NCBI GenBank assembly: GCA_965238275.1
Contig: OZ250186.1
Span: 1,248,001 to 1,312,000 of the forward strand
Reading direction: 5' to 3'
Length of the DNA stretch: 64,000 nt
Source: Nitrosopumilus sp.
Lineage (GTDB): Archaea; Thermoproteota; Nitrososphaeria; Nitrososphaerales; Nitrosopumilaceae
The translations under genes and the position numbers were made by a program. This document shows, one piece after another, positions 55,772 through 64,000 of the stretch. The first letter of the stretch is position 1. Each line of letters opens with the position of its first letter. Under the pieces are notes generated by a model. It made no database searches and was not told the origin of the DNA. It was given only the letters and a program-made list of their open reading frames with translations.

Positions 55772-57037
55772 CTAAACGATCTTTCCTCGAAGGGATTTCG
55801 TGCCCGAGCCTGTAATCTCTACTGTGTGTGATTGGCCGATCTCCACTGCATCCCGGACAAATACGGGCTTGTATGCCATGTTTCTGCCCTTGACACCGTC
55901 GTCTGTCTTCTCATCAAACAGGACTCTCCCCCTCCAGCCTATCCACTCCCTGTTGTTCTCTGCTGATATCCTGCTGATCTGCTCGAATACTGCCTTGCTT
56001 CGTCGCTTCACCTCTGCAACATCCACCTGTTTCATCCCTGCCGCGTCCGTGCCGGGCCTTGCGCTGTATCTGGACAGGTTTACAACATCCGGCCTGGCAT
56101 CCTCAAGCAGGTTGACTGTCATCTCAAAGTCCTCTTCAGTCTCCGAGGGGAATCCCACGATGATGTCTGTGGATATGGTCATTCTTTCGAATCTCTCCCT
56201 TGCCTCCCTTGCCACCCTCCTGAACGTTTCGGCAGTATGGCCCCTCTTCATGTCGTGGAGCACCCTGTCACTCCCGCTCTGTACCGGAACGTGAAGAAAC
56301 TTGAAGACCCTGTCGCTGTCCAATGACCCCATCAGCCTCCTCCTGATTCTTGGCATGTACATGGGGTTCATCATGCCGACCCTTATCATGAATTCCTTGG
56401 GAATTGAGGACACCGCATTTACGAGTTCCGGCAGATCCGTTCCGATGTCCAAACCGTAGCATCCGTTGTCAGTCGATGTAAGCCATATCTCCCTGCATCC
56501 GTCGTCAATCTCGGCCTTTACCTGCCTTACAATGTCGCCCGTCCTGTAGCTGGAAAGGCCGCCCTTTGCCAGCTTGGTCTGGCAGAACGTGCATTCGCTC
56601 ATGCACCCGCTGGCAATCTCTACGATCCCTACAGTCTGGTTCAATCTGACCTTTGGAAGTCCCACCTTTGAGACATCCGTATCCTCAAGGGCGATCTGCT
56701 GTCTCCCTTCAAGTGTCGAATCCACCACCTGCAGCGTCCTGCCCAGGGAGTTTGGTCCAAGCATGCTTGCGTTTTCTGCAAACCTGCTGACCGTGCCCAT
56801 CTCCGCCTTTGGAAGGCACCCTGCCACAATCAGAGGCCTTGATTCCAGCGACTTTATCCTGTGAATCATCTTGTTTGCCGTGGCGTCCTTGACAGAACAT
56901 GTGACTATGACGTTCAGATCCGACTCTGAGGTATCATCCACTAGCGTGTGGCCGCCGTTCTGGATTAGCCCTGAGATCATCTCCGAGTCTGCAAAGCTTG
57001 CAGAACACCCATACGCCTCCACAAAGATTCTTGCCAT
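55772..57037 (-). CDS. tRNA t6A methylthiotransferase (archaeal MtaB/CDKAL1-type radical SAM)
   Basis: N-terminal YGC...TCSVK...GC, CxxxCxxC (CMSECTFC) and a C-terminal TRAM domain. Confidence 0.92.
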   Translation of the reverse strand: MARIFVEAYGCSASFADSEMISGLIQNGGHTLVDDTSESDLNVIVTCSVKDATANKMIHRIKSLESRPLIVAGCLPKAEMGTVSRFAENASMLGPNSLGRTLQVVDSTLEGRQQIALEDTDVSKVGLPKVRLNQTVGIVEIASGCMSECTFCQTKLAKGGLSSYRTGDIVRQVKAEIDDGCREIWLTSTDNGCYGLDIGTDLPELVNAVSSIPKEFMIRVGMMNPMYMPRIRRRLMGSLDSDRVFKFLHVPVQSGSDRVLHDMKRGHTAETFRRVAREARERFERMTISTDIIVGFPSETEEDFEMTVNLLEDARPDVVNLSRYSARPGTDAAGMKQVDVAEVKRRSKAVFEQISRISAENNREWIGWRGRVLFDEKTDDGVKGRNMAYKPVFVRDAVEIGQSHTVEITGSGTKSLRGKIV

Positions 57038-57040
57038 GTC

Positions 57041-58402
57041 CTATCCGAACAGGGCGTCTACTTCCTTGTCAGTCATCATCTTCTTTGAGACGACCAGCTC
57101 CCTGATTGTTTTTCCCGTCTTTAGCGATTCCTTGAAGAGTTCTGCGGATCTCAGGTAGCCGATCCTTGGCGTCAGCAATGTCACGATTACGGGACTCTTT
57201 TCAATGCCTGCACGGAGGCTGTCGCTGTTTGCCTCAAGCCCGTCTATCAGATTGGCAGAGAATATCGGCAGAAAGTTCTTGATCATGTCTGTCGATTCGA
57301 GCATACACTTGAGCATTCCTGGCAGCATTACATTGAGTTCGAACTGGCCGCTTTGTGCGGCACACGCGACTGCCGTGTCGTTTCCAATCATGTTAAAACA
57401 GATCATGTTCATGCATTCTGCAAGGGAGGGGTTCACCTTGCCTGGCATGATCGACGAGCCGGCATGCACCGCGGGTATTCCGAGCTCGGCCAGTCCTGCA
57501 ACGGGGCCCGAAGCCATTAGCCTGATGTCATTTGCAAGCTTGCCGATCTCCAGCGCCAGGTTTCTTAATGCCGCTGACGTGTTTGCCACTGCAAACCTGC
57601 TCTGCAGGCCGTGTTGCATGTCTCTTTCAGGCCTCAGGGAGATTCCGGAGATCCTTGCAAGTTCCCCGATTGCTATTCTTCTGTACCCCCTTGGCGTATT
57701 TGCGCCAGAGCCTACGGCGGTTCCCCCCAGGGGAATCTTCTGCAGCTCCCTTTGTGACGATACAATCTGATCTCTTGCCTTGGTGATTGATGTGGCCATT
57801 GCGGCAAACTCGCTGCCCAGCGTGACTGGCAGCGCATCCATGAGATGGGTCCTGCCAATCTTCTTGAATCCGGAAAAATATCCTGCCTTCTCTGAGAGTG
57901 ATTTTATCAGGATGTCTACTGCGGGAACCGCCTCCTCCAGGTTCATCAGGATTGAGACGTGCATTGCAGTGGGGTATGTGTCGTTGCTTGACTGTGACAT
58001 GTTTACATGATCGTTTGGATGCAGAAACTCGTACTGCCCCTTCTTTTTGTGCAGTATCTCAAGTGCCACGTTTGCTATCACCTCGTTGGCATTCATGTTG
58101 AATGCCGTGCCTGCACCGGAGTTTATCATATCAACTACAAACTGATCAGCATGTTTTCCTGCCAAGATTCTGTCACATGCCGAGACTATCGCGCCTCCGC
58201 GCTCTGCATCGATCGTCTTTGTCTCCATGTTTGCAACTGCAGCTGATCGTTTGATCATCACAAACGCCCTGATCAGGTTCCCGTGGGCCGTGTTGCCTGT
58301 GACATGGTACTGCTGGATTGCCCTGCCGGTGAATGCCCCATAGTACGCCTCGGCCGGAATCTTGATCTTTCCAAGGGAGTCCTGATCCAGCCTAAATTTC
58401 AT
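57041..58402 (-). CDS. Class II fumarate hydratase/aspartate ammonia-lyase
   Basis: Motifs GSSIMPGKVNP, HPNDHVNMSQSSND and KIGRTHLMDA. Confidence 0.92.
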   Translation of the reverse strand: MKFRLDQDSLGKIKIPAEAYYGAFTGRAIQQYHVTGNTAHGNLIRAFVMIKRSAAVANMETKTIDAERGGAIVSACDRILAGKHADQFVVDMINSGAGTAFNMNANEVIANVALEILHKKKGQYEFLHPNDHVNMSQSSNDTYPTAMHVSILMNLEEAVPAVDILIKSLSEKAGYFSGFKKIGRTHLMDALPVTLGSEFAAMATSITKARDQIVSSQRELQKIPLGGTAVGSGANTPRGYRRIAIGELARISGISLRPERDMQHGLQSRFAVANTSAALRNLALEIGKLANDIRLMASGPVAGLAELGIPAVHAGSSIMPGKVNPSLAECMNMICFNMIGNDTAVACAAQSGQFELNVMLPGMLKCMLESTDMIKNFLPIFSANLIDGLEANSDSLRAGIEKSPVIVTLLTPRIGYLRSAELFKESLKTGKTIRELVVSKKMMTDKEVDALFG

Positions 58403-58660
58403 ATCTGCCCTATATGATCATGACCTATTATTCATTCCTTTTTTTAAATTGCAACCAGACACGCATCCTGACAAATCCCAAACCGGCAGGTATGTCGGTT
58501 CACGAGAGTTGGAACCACTCTTCCAGGAAAGCAGCCGTGTCGGCACTGACATTCATGACCATGCTGTATCGCCCATGCGTTGGGGTGCCTGGGAGTGAAG
58601 AGGAAGGGAGGAGGAGGGAGGGGACGTGGACGCTTATCTACAGATACTGGTACTTGATAG

Positions 58661-58674
58661 GAATTATTATATAG
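58661..58674 (+). promoter_or_regulatory. Likely TATA box of nirK
   Basis: gaattaTTATATAG lies about 22-30 bp upstream of the ATG, consistent with a leaderless archaeal transcript. Confidence 0.55.
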
Positions 58675-58695
58675 TGACTGCACATCAACATTCCC

Positions 58696-60105
58696 ATGAA
58701 TAAGCGTGTAAGTATGCTCTTTACAGTCGCAGCAGTGACTATAATGGGCGCAACCTTATTCGGAAGCACATACACACAAACCCAGATTTCTGGCCAAACA
58801 ATCGACATCAGTCAAATGAATGCCGATGCACTTGACCAGATTCATCAGATGGGCGGCTTGCAGCTTGTAATGCCTGAGGCATTTGCAGAAACCGATTGTT
58901 CCGTACTGGAATCAACCGGGCGTAACATGGTCGAGTTCGATCTGACTGCTGAGAGCGTCGAACTTCCAATCATGGGAGGAAAGACATTCAACGCCATGAC
59001 CTTTGATGGCCAGGTCCCCGGACCAACCCTGAGGGTAACCCAAGGCGACGTAGTCAAGATGACTCTGACCATTCCTGCAGATGAGCCTGTAGCACACGGC
59101 AACGACATGCACGCATCACAGATCTCATCTAGCGCGTTTGAGTCTGTCCTCCCCGGCGAAGTATCCCAGTACTGTTACATTGCTGAGGCTGCTGGTACCT
59201 TCAAGTACCACTGCTCTGGCATCAAACTGGTTGCCATGGATGAACACGTCTTTTCCGGCATGTACGGAATCGCAATAGTTGATCCTGCCAACGGATACAA
59301 GAAGCTGATGGTTGAGAAGACAAGCGGTAGCGGTGAGATAGACAGGGTGTTCTATGACGCTGATGCACTAGAGTTCCAACTCCAGTACAATCAGCTGTAC
59401 CTGACTGACGAGGGCGGATACGACGTAGCAGCAATGCACAAGCATCACAACACTGGAACAGTCGTTAACGGAATGCAGTTTGGATATGTTCCAAACATGG
59501 CACACAACCTGCTTGTCAAGGGAGATGTAAACTCTAACATCTTCGTTGCACAGCCATGGAACGGCCTAGAACATAAGCAGTACCAGTCACAGCTCCTGTT
59601 TGTGGAACTCGATCAGCACGTGAGACTCTTTATAGAGAATCAAGGCAACGAGCCAGTATTCTTCCACATAGTGGGAGAGATTCTGGATCGAGTCGTACAG
59701 GGCAACCGTGTACAATCTGCAGCAACCGAGACATGGCTACTTGGTGGCTCACAGGGAATGACTGTTGATCTCGTATTTGACGAGCCAGGCGCATATGCAG
59801 CCGTCAACCACGATTACGCAGCACTCTACAGCGGAGCAGCAACAGTCTTTGTCGCAGGTGACCCATTCGGCCTGAACCCACTTCTGGTTGAAAAGGGAGT
59901 CATCCCAGAGCCTGTACCATCGTATGCGTATGCACTTGGTAACCCAAGCGATGCAGTTCCACCAATGGGCATGAACAGTATTGCACATCCTGCAATAAAC
60001 ATTCACGGCCTCTACACTGACGAAGTAGCTTCTGAAATGCAAGAAAGCGGTAAGATTGCACTGTGGGAAGTAATTCCTGTAGTTGCAGAAATTCTGACTT
60101 CTTAA
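58696..60105 (+). CDS. nirK: Copper-containing nitrite reductase, archaeal AOA type
   Basis: GQVPGPTLRVTQGD, HGNDMH, YHC...H....M, FHIVGE and VNHD copper ligands. Confidence 0.92.
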   Translation: MNKRVSMLFTVAAVTIMGATLFGSTYTQTQISGQTIDISQMNADALDQIHQMGGLQLVMPEAFAETDCSVLESTGRNMVEFDLTAESVELPIMGGKTFNAMTFDGQVPGPTLRVTQGDVVKMTLTIPADEPVAHGNDMHASQISSSAFESVLPGEVSQYCYIAEAAGTFKYHCSGIKLVAMDEHVFSGMYGIAIVDPANGYKKLMVEKTSGSGEIDRVFYDADALEFQLQYNQLYLTDEGGYDVAAMHKHHNTGTVVNGMQFGYVPNMAHNLLVKGDVNSNIFVAQPWNGLEHKQYQSQLLFVELDQHVRLFIENQGNEPVFFHIVGEILDRVVQGNRVQSAATETWLLGGSQGMTVDLVFDEPGAYAAVNHDYAALYSGAATVFVAGDPFGLNPLLVEKGVIPEPVPSYAYALGNPSDAVPPMGMNSIAHPAINIHGLYTDEVASEMQESGKIALWEVIPVVAEILTS

Positions 60106-60112
60106 TAATCAC

Positions 60113-60129
60113 ACTTTTTACTTTTTTTG
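60113..60129 (+). terminator. T-rich archaeal terminator downstream of nirK
   Basis: cttttta-ctttttttg directly after the stop codon. Confidence 0.6.
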
Positions 60130-60273
60130 TCCTTCAGCCCCGCCTTATGCACAGATCGTTCTGGCAGGTGCCCCTGCCTTGAATTGAACCGCAATCCGAT
60201 TTCCCTGTCTCTGCCTGGCTGTTCCGGTTATCCCAAACACATACTTATATTCAGTATCTTATTTGGCTAGTCC

Positions 60274-61206
60274 ATGGGATTTGATGAGTCCGTACTGATA
60301 TGCGACGAGGTGGACCCGATTCTTAAAAAGATTCTTGAGGATAACGGTCTGAAGGTCACATACAATCCTGAGATCACTCCTGAGGAGATTCTAAAAACTA
60401 TTGCCGGTTTCCATATAGTCATCGTCAGAAGCAGAACCTCCATCACAAAGGAGATGATCCAAAAGGCCGAGTGTTGCAGGATTATTGCCAGGGTCGGTGT
60501 CGGTCTTGACAATGTGGATCAGGCCGCTGCCAAGGAGAGAAACATACGTGTAATCAATGCCGTAGAGGGTGCAATGAATGCAGTTGCAGAACTGGTCTTG
60601 GGACTGATGCTGGCCCTTGCAAGGCAGACTGTCCGGGGCGACAGGGGAATTCGAAACGGCCGGTGGCTCAAAAAAGAGCTAAAGGGGACGGAACTGAGGG
60701 GAAAGTATCTTGGAATAATCGGACTGGGCAACATTGGAAAGAGGCTGGGAAGGCTTGCACGCGCGCTTAACATGAACATCATCGGGTACGATGTAATTCC
60801 GATTGATCCCGAATTTTCCAAGGAGGTGGGCCTGATGAAGGCCGATCTGGATACCCTGTTGCAGAGCTCCGACTATGTATCAATCCATGTCCCGTTACTG
60901 GATTCGACATACCATCTTTTGAATGCACAAAAGATCTCCATCATGAAGAATACTGCCAAGGTCATCAACACCTCGAGAGGCGGCGTGGTTGATGAGGATG
61001 CGCTGTACGACGCACTCAGGAATGGCACTCTGGGCGGGGCCGCACTGGATGTATTTGAGACAGAACCCGCCCTTGGAACCAGACTGGCCGAGCTTGACAA
61101 TGTAATACTTACCCCGCACATAGGCGCACAGACAAAGGAGGCCCAGTCGCTTGCAGCCAATGTGATTGGCGAGAAGATCATACAGATACTGCGTGGCGTG
61201 ATCTGA
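60274..61206 (+). CDS. D-2-hydroxyacid/3-phosphoglycerate dehydrogenase (SerA-like)
   Basis: Motifs ARVGVGLDNVD, GLGNIG, INTSRG and TPHIGAQT. Confidence 0.9.
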   Translation: MGFDESVLICDEVDPILKKILEDNGLKVTYNPEITPEEILKTIAGFHIVIVRSRTSITKEMIQKAECCRIIARVGVGLDNVDQAAAKERNIRVINAVEGAMNAVAELVLGLMLALARQTVRGDRGIRNGRWLKKELKGTELRGKYLGIIGLGNIGKRLGRLARALNMNIIGYDVIPIDPEFSKEVGLMKADLDTLLQSSDYVSIHVPLLDSTYHLLNAQKISIMKNTAKVINTSRGGVVDEDALYDALRNGTLGGAALDVFETEPALGTRLAELDNVILTPHIGAQTKEAQSLAANVIGEKIIQILRGVI

Positions 61207-61333
61207 TCTACCTGCAGGGGATTCTCTGCATGGAATGTGCGGTTTGGGTTATGGCTCTGAGTAAAAAACCTTGACTTTTTCGTGATTAATTATCTGCTCA
61301 CTCTTTTTAACATCCGCCTGCGAGCTAACAATC

Positions 61334-62146
61334 GTGTCAAGCAGAAATAACGTATTCGGGTCTGAAAGGATGCCGGGAGCAGGCATGCTGTCCGGCATTG
61401 TCATCGGCATGGTTCTGTTTACGATGACATTTTCCGCCCTGGCACACGCAGAGACCATACCCGTAGAGATTGATGGTGAATCATACGATGTTGTTTACGA
61501 TGCAGCAGGCATGACCGTATCTGGCGTGGCCGCTGATCTGGATTTGATCTCGCTGATACTGGCTGTTGATGTTCCAGAACCCCAAGCTACTCTGGACATT
61601 ACCTTTGATCGCATGTTCTTTGACTCTGTTATTGACGGCCAGGATTATGGATTCCTTGTTCTTTCTGACGGCGATAATGCAAATTTTGTTGAATCCCAGG
61701 CCGATTCTACAAGTCGGACTCTCAGCATCAGTCTGCCAATAGGAACCGAGGAGGTAGAGATTGTCGGTTCCATGTTTGGTCCATCGCCTGTGGATGTTGC
61801 TGTACCTGATCCTGTATCCGGCCAGACACCGGTTCAGACTATTGAACCCGATCCGACATCAGAATTGCCAGAAGATCCGGATCCGGCATTGGAGACTCCC
61901 GTCGTACCTGACACATCCATGGTAAAATGCGGAGACGGCACCGTTCTGGAGGACGGCATATGTGTTCTGGATGAGAGGTGCGGAGACGGCACCGTTCTGG
62001 AGGACGGCATATGTGTTCTGGCACCGCCTGCCCAACGCGGACTAGGCGGGGATCTGGCTGCCGGATCCGTTGGGGGCTTTATAGCTGCCGGAATCATTGC
62101 AGTACTTGCCATAATCGTAGTAAAGATGAGCAGGCGCAAGAACTAG
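61334..62146 (+). CDS. Secreted, C-terminally membrane-anchored hypothetical protein with two CGDGTVLEDGICVL repeats (start probably 61370)
   Basis: Signal peptide ending AHA-E, Pro-rich linker, 43-bp duplication at 61928 and 61979, C-terminal TM plus RRK. Confidence 0.8.
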   Translation: MSSRNNVFGSERMPGAGMLSGIVIGMVLFTMTFSALAHAETIPVEIDGESYDVVYDAAGMTVSGVAADLDLISLILAVDVPEPQATLDITFDRMFFDSVIDGQDYGFLVLSDGDNANFVESQADSTSRTLSISLPIGTEEVEIVGSMFGPSPVDVAVPDPVSGQTPVQTIEPDPTSELPEDPDPALETPVVPDTSMVKCGDGTVLEDGICVLDERCGDGTVLEDGICVLAPPAQRGLGGDLAAGSVGGFIAAGIIAVLAIIVVKMSRRKN

Positions 62147-62658
62147 GAGCAGGACAGCTCGTCCTGGCTCATGTATTGTTCAAACTCGAATCCTGGAATA
62201 AATGTTGTAGTCGAGTATGGTATAAACCCCATGATGGGCGTGCTTATCTGGACTGCCACTACAAACTGATTGGGATCCAGCCTCGCCTCCCCACCATTAA
62301 ACTGAAAATCAAAAGTCAGAAAGACCTGCTGGGTCGCTGAGTAGTTCTCGGTTCTGAACGTTCCCTGCTGTACTTCTGAGGATGACGGGTTCAGGGTCAT
62401 CTGTTCGACAGTATACGTGCCCATGTGGCTTTCTGCATAGAATGGCGCAATCTCAAATTTTTGAAGACTGATCCAAAACGGTATTGTGTTGCAAAATTCC
62501 ACCTCTCCGTGGTTTGAGAGCGCAAAGAATGAAAATTCGCCAGGCGAATTCCACCTGTACTCCAGCTGCTGTGCTCCCAGAATACTCAGTCCGGAGAATG
62601 CAAACGGACTGACAATAACCACAATTGCCACTGCCGTAATCACCGAGTACCTGTTCAT
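62143..62658 (-). CDS. Hypothetical protein with N-terminal TM segment
   Basis: Clean ORF overlapping the upstream gene's stop by 4 nt. Confidence 0.75.
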   Translation of the reverse strand: MNRYSVITAVAIVVIVSPFAFSGLSILGAQQLEYRWNSPGEFSFFALSNHGEVEFCNTIPFWISLQKFEIAPFYAESHMGTYTVEQMTLNPSSSEVQQGTFRTENYSATQQVFLTFDFQFNGGEARLDPNQFVVAVQISTPIMGFIPYSTTTFIPGFEFEQYMSQDELSCS

Positions 62659-63302
62659 GTTCCGGTTCGTGGTCCTATGATGCCGTTACTTACCAGATAA
62701 TTGATTGCCTGGGCAAACTCTTCGTCTGACACGGCATCACTAATCCACCAGTACCCGAGACTCTTTACCCATTCTGGAATGCCAATGTCATGTATGCTGT
62801 CCCCGTTGATCTCAAACGGGATGTTGATTATGTCACTGTCAACATATCTCTGAAACGCATCCACCAGAAATCCATCAGAGATGATTCCTGTCAGCCAGTT
62901 GGCCATGAATTCCCTGGCTACCTGTGGAATGCAGTCGACGTCAGTATCAATCAGAACAAACTCTGCAGTGGCTTGCGTACCAGAATACGCTACATCAATC
63001 GAGTATGTTCCGGGAGAAAATATCTCCCTTTCAAAGGCAAACGGGGCAGGAACCGGGGTCTGAAGGCCTGTTACCGGAATGGGGATTGCGCTGCTACTTT
63101 TTCCATTCCCGTCTATGATGTGGATTATTGCAAGATCATCTTCTGTAACCTCTGAGACTGTAATTGTATAGAACAACTTTTCACAGTACGTGTACGTGTC
63201 CTTTTCCATTACTATGGATACTGATGGCTCTGCGTGTGCAGGCAGAATGAAGACTGCCCCGATTAGCAGGAGCATGACTGGCAATGCCCTCATTGCATTC
63301 AT
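62655..63302 (-). CDS. Secreted hypothetical protein with C-terminal IPEWVK...WW...EF..AINYL domain
   Basis: Signal peptide ending AHA-E; terminal motif shared with PstS. Confidence 0.8.
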   Translation of the reverse strand: MNAMRALPVMLLLIGAVFILPAHAEPSVSIVMEKDTYTYCEKLFYTITVSEVTEDDLAIIHIIDGNGKSSSAIPIPVTGLQTPVPAPFAFEREIFSPGTYSIDVAYSGTQATAEFVLIDTDVDCIPQVAREFMANWLTGIISDGFLVDAFQRYVDSDIINIPFEINGDSIHDIGIPEWVKSLGYWWISDAVSDEEFAQAINYLVSNGIIGPRTGT

Positions 63303-63533
63303 CCCTTCATTGCACTCCCGCTGCCTTAATAATTGCTGTTCTGTAGAACGAATCCTGGTGATTGGAATGCCGGGTGTCTGTCGGCGTGACCACGTTTGGG
63401 CATCGCCCTGTATTGTTGATTGCAGAAACTTTTGACTTTTGCTTGGCTATGGGCACGATTCGTGTCTGGGCGGATCCGGGATCCGGCAATGCCATGGAGA
63501 TCAATTATTAAAGGGTGTTTCATCATGCACTCT

Positions 63534-63989
63534 ATGCCCAGTTATCAGGATCAGACGTGGATAAGACTCTGGAAGGAGAATGCCCCGGAGCTGCGTGAGC
63601 GCATAGTCAAATGGCGTAAGCAAAACGCAATTATCCGCATTGAAAAACCAAGCAGGATTCAAAGGGCCAGACGACTGGGATACAAGGCAAAGCAGGGCAT
63701 AATCGTTGTCCGCATGAGGGTGGGAACCGGCGGTATGAGAAAGCAGAGACCCACCGGAGGCAGGAGACCGAAACATCTTGGAGTTAACCGAATCAAGGCA
63801 GACGACAACATGAAGACTGTTGCAGAGAGAAGGGCCATGGAGAGGTACCCAAACATGACTATGCTAGGCTCCTACTTTATCTACAAGGACGGAAAGCACT
63901 ACTGGTTTGAAGTCATCATGGCAGATCCCAGCCATCCCAGGATTGCCCGGGATAAGGAATTAAACAAGCGGGTACCGCAAACCGCATAG
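63534..63989 (+). CDS. rpl15e: 50S ribosomal protein L15e
   Basis: RARRLGYKAKQG, RRPKHLG and HYWFEVIMADP; start MPSYQD. Confidence 0.96.
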   Translation: MPSYQDQTWIRLWKENAPELRERIVKWRKQNAIIRIEKPSRIQRARRLGYKAKQGIIVVRMRVGTGGMRKQRPTGGRRPKHLGVNRIKADDNMKTVAERRAMERYPNMTMLGSYFIYKDGKHYWFEVIMADPSHPRIARDKELNKRVPQTA

Positions 63990-64000
63990 GGGTTCATACT

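Noticed and set aside
63420-63533. Extended N-terminus of L15e
   Set aside because: A TATA-like ATTATTAAAG at about 63504-63513 and homology favour the start at 63534.

Overview
This window comes from an ammonia-oxidising archaeon (Nitrosopumilaceae-like). The evidence is archaeal-type NirK, the LysW-dependent arg/lys cluster, split MetH, a divergent FtsZ and rpl15e/31e/39e. The giant repeat proteins and IS load suggest a host-associated lineage such as a sponge symbiont (inference). Positions 1-35.5 kb are a GC-rich island of four modular surface-protein genes. One is an 18.5-kb gene with an S8 protease, six DUF285/BspA-like repeat cassettes and PKD-like arrays; two carry LVIVD-like propellers. 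Three of the four are broken by a frameshift or by IS5, IS481, ISH3 or IS630 elements. Positions 36-64 kb are mostly core genes, with a 3.9-kb insert between lysX and argC. The best find lies in that insert: a decayed IS110-family element sitting inside the terminal inverted repeat of an IS630 remnant. Its upstream non-coding region holds a hairpin loop whose two guide segments (GCACGAACT and TCAAAAG) match the reconstructed 14-bp target GCACGAA-CT-TTTGA. This looks like an archaeal bridge/seek RNA programmed against another transposon's end. Also notable are an FN3 module inserted in frame between CACCGTAG direct repeats, a G10 tract at the 5' end of the giant gene, a shared C-terminal helical domain and displaced AxA leader motifs. 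All calls were made by eye; no searches were run.
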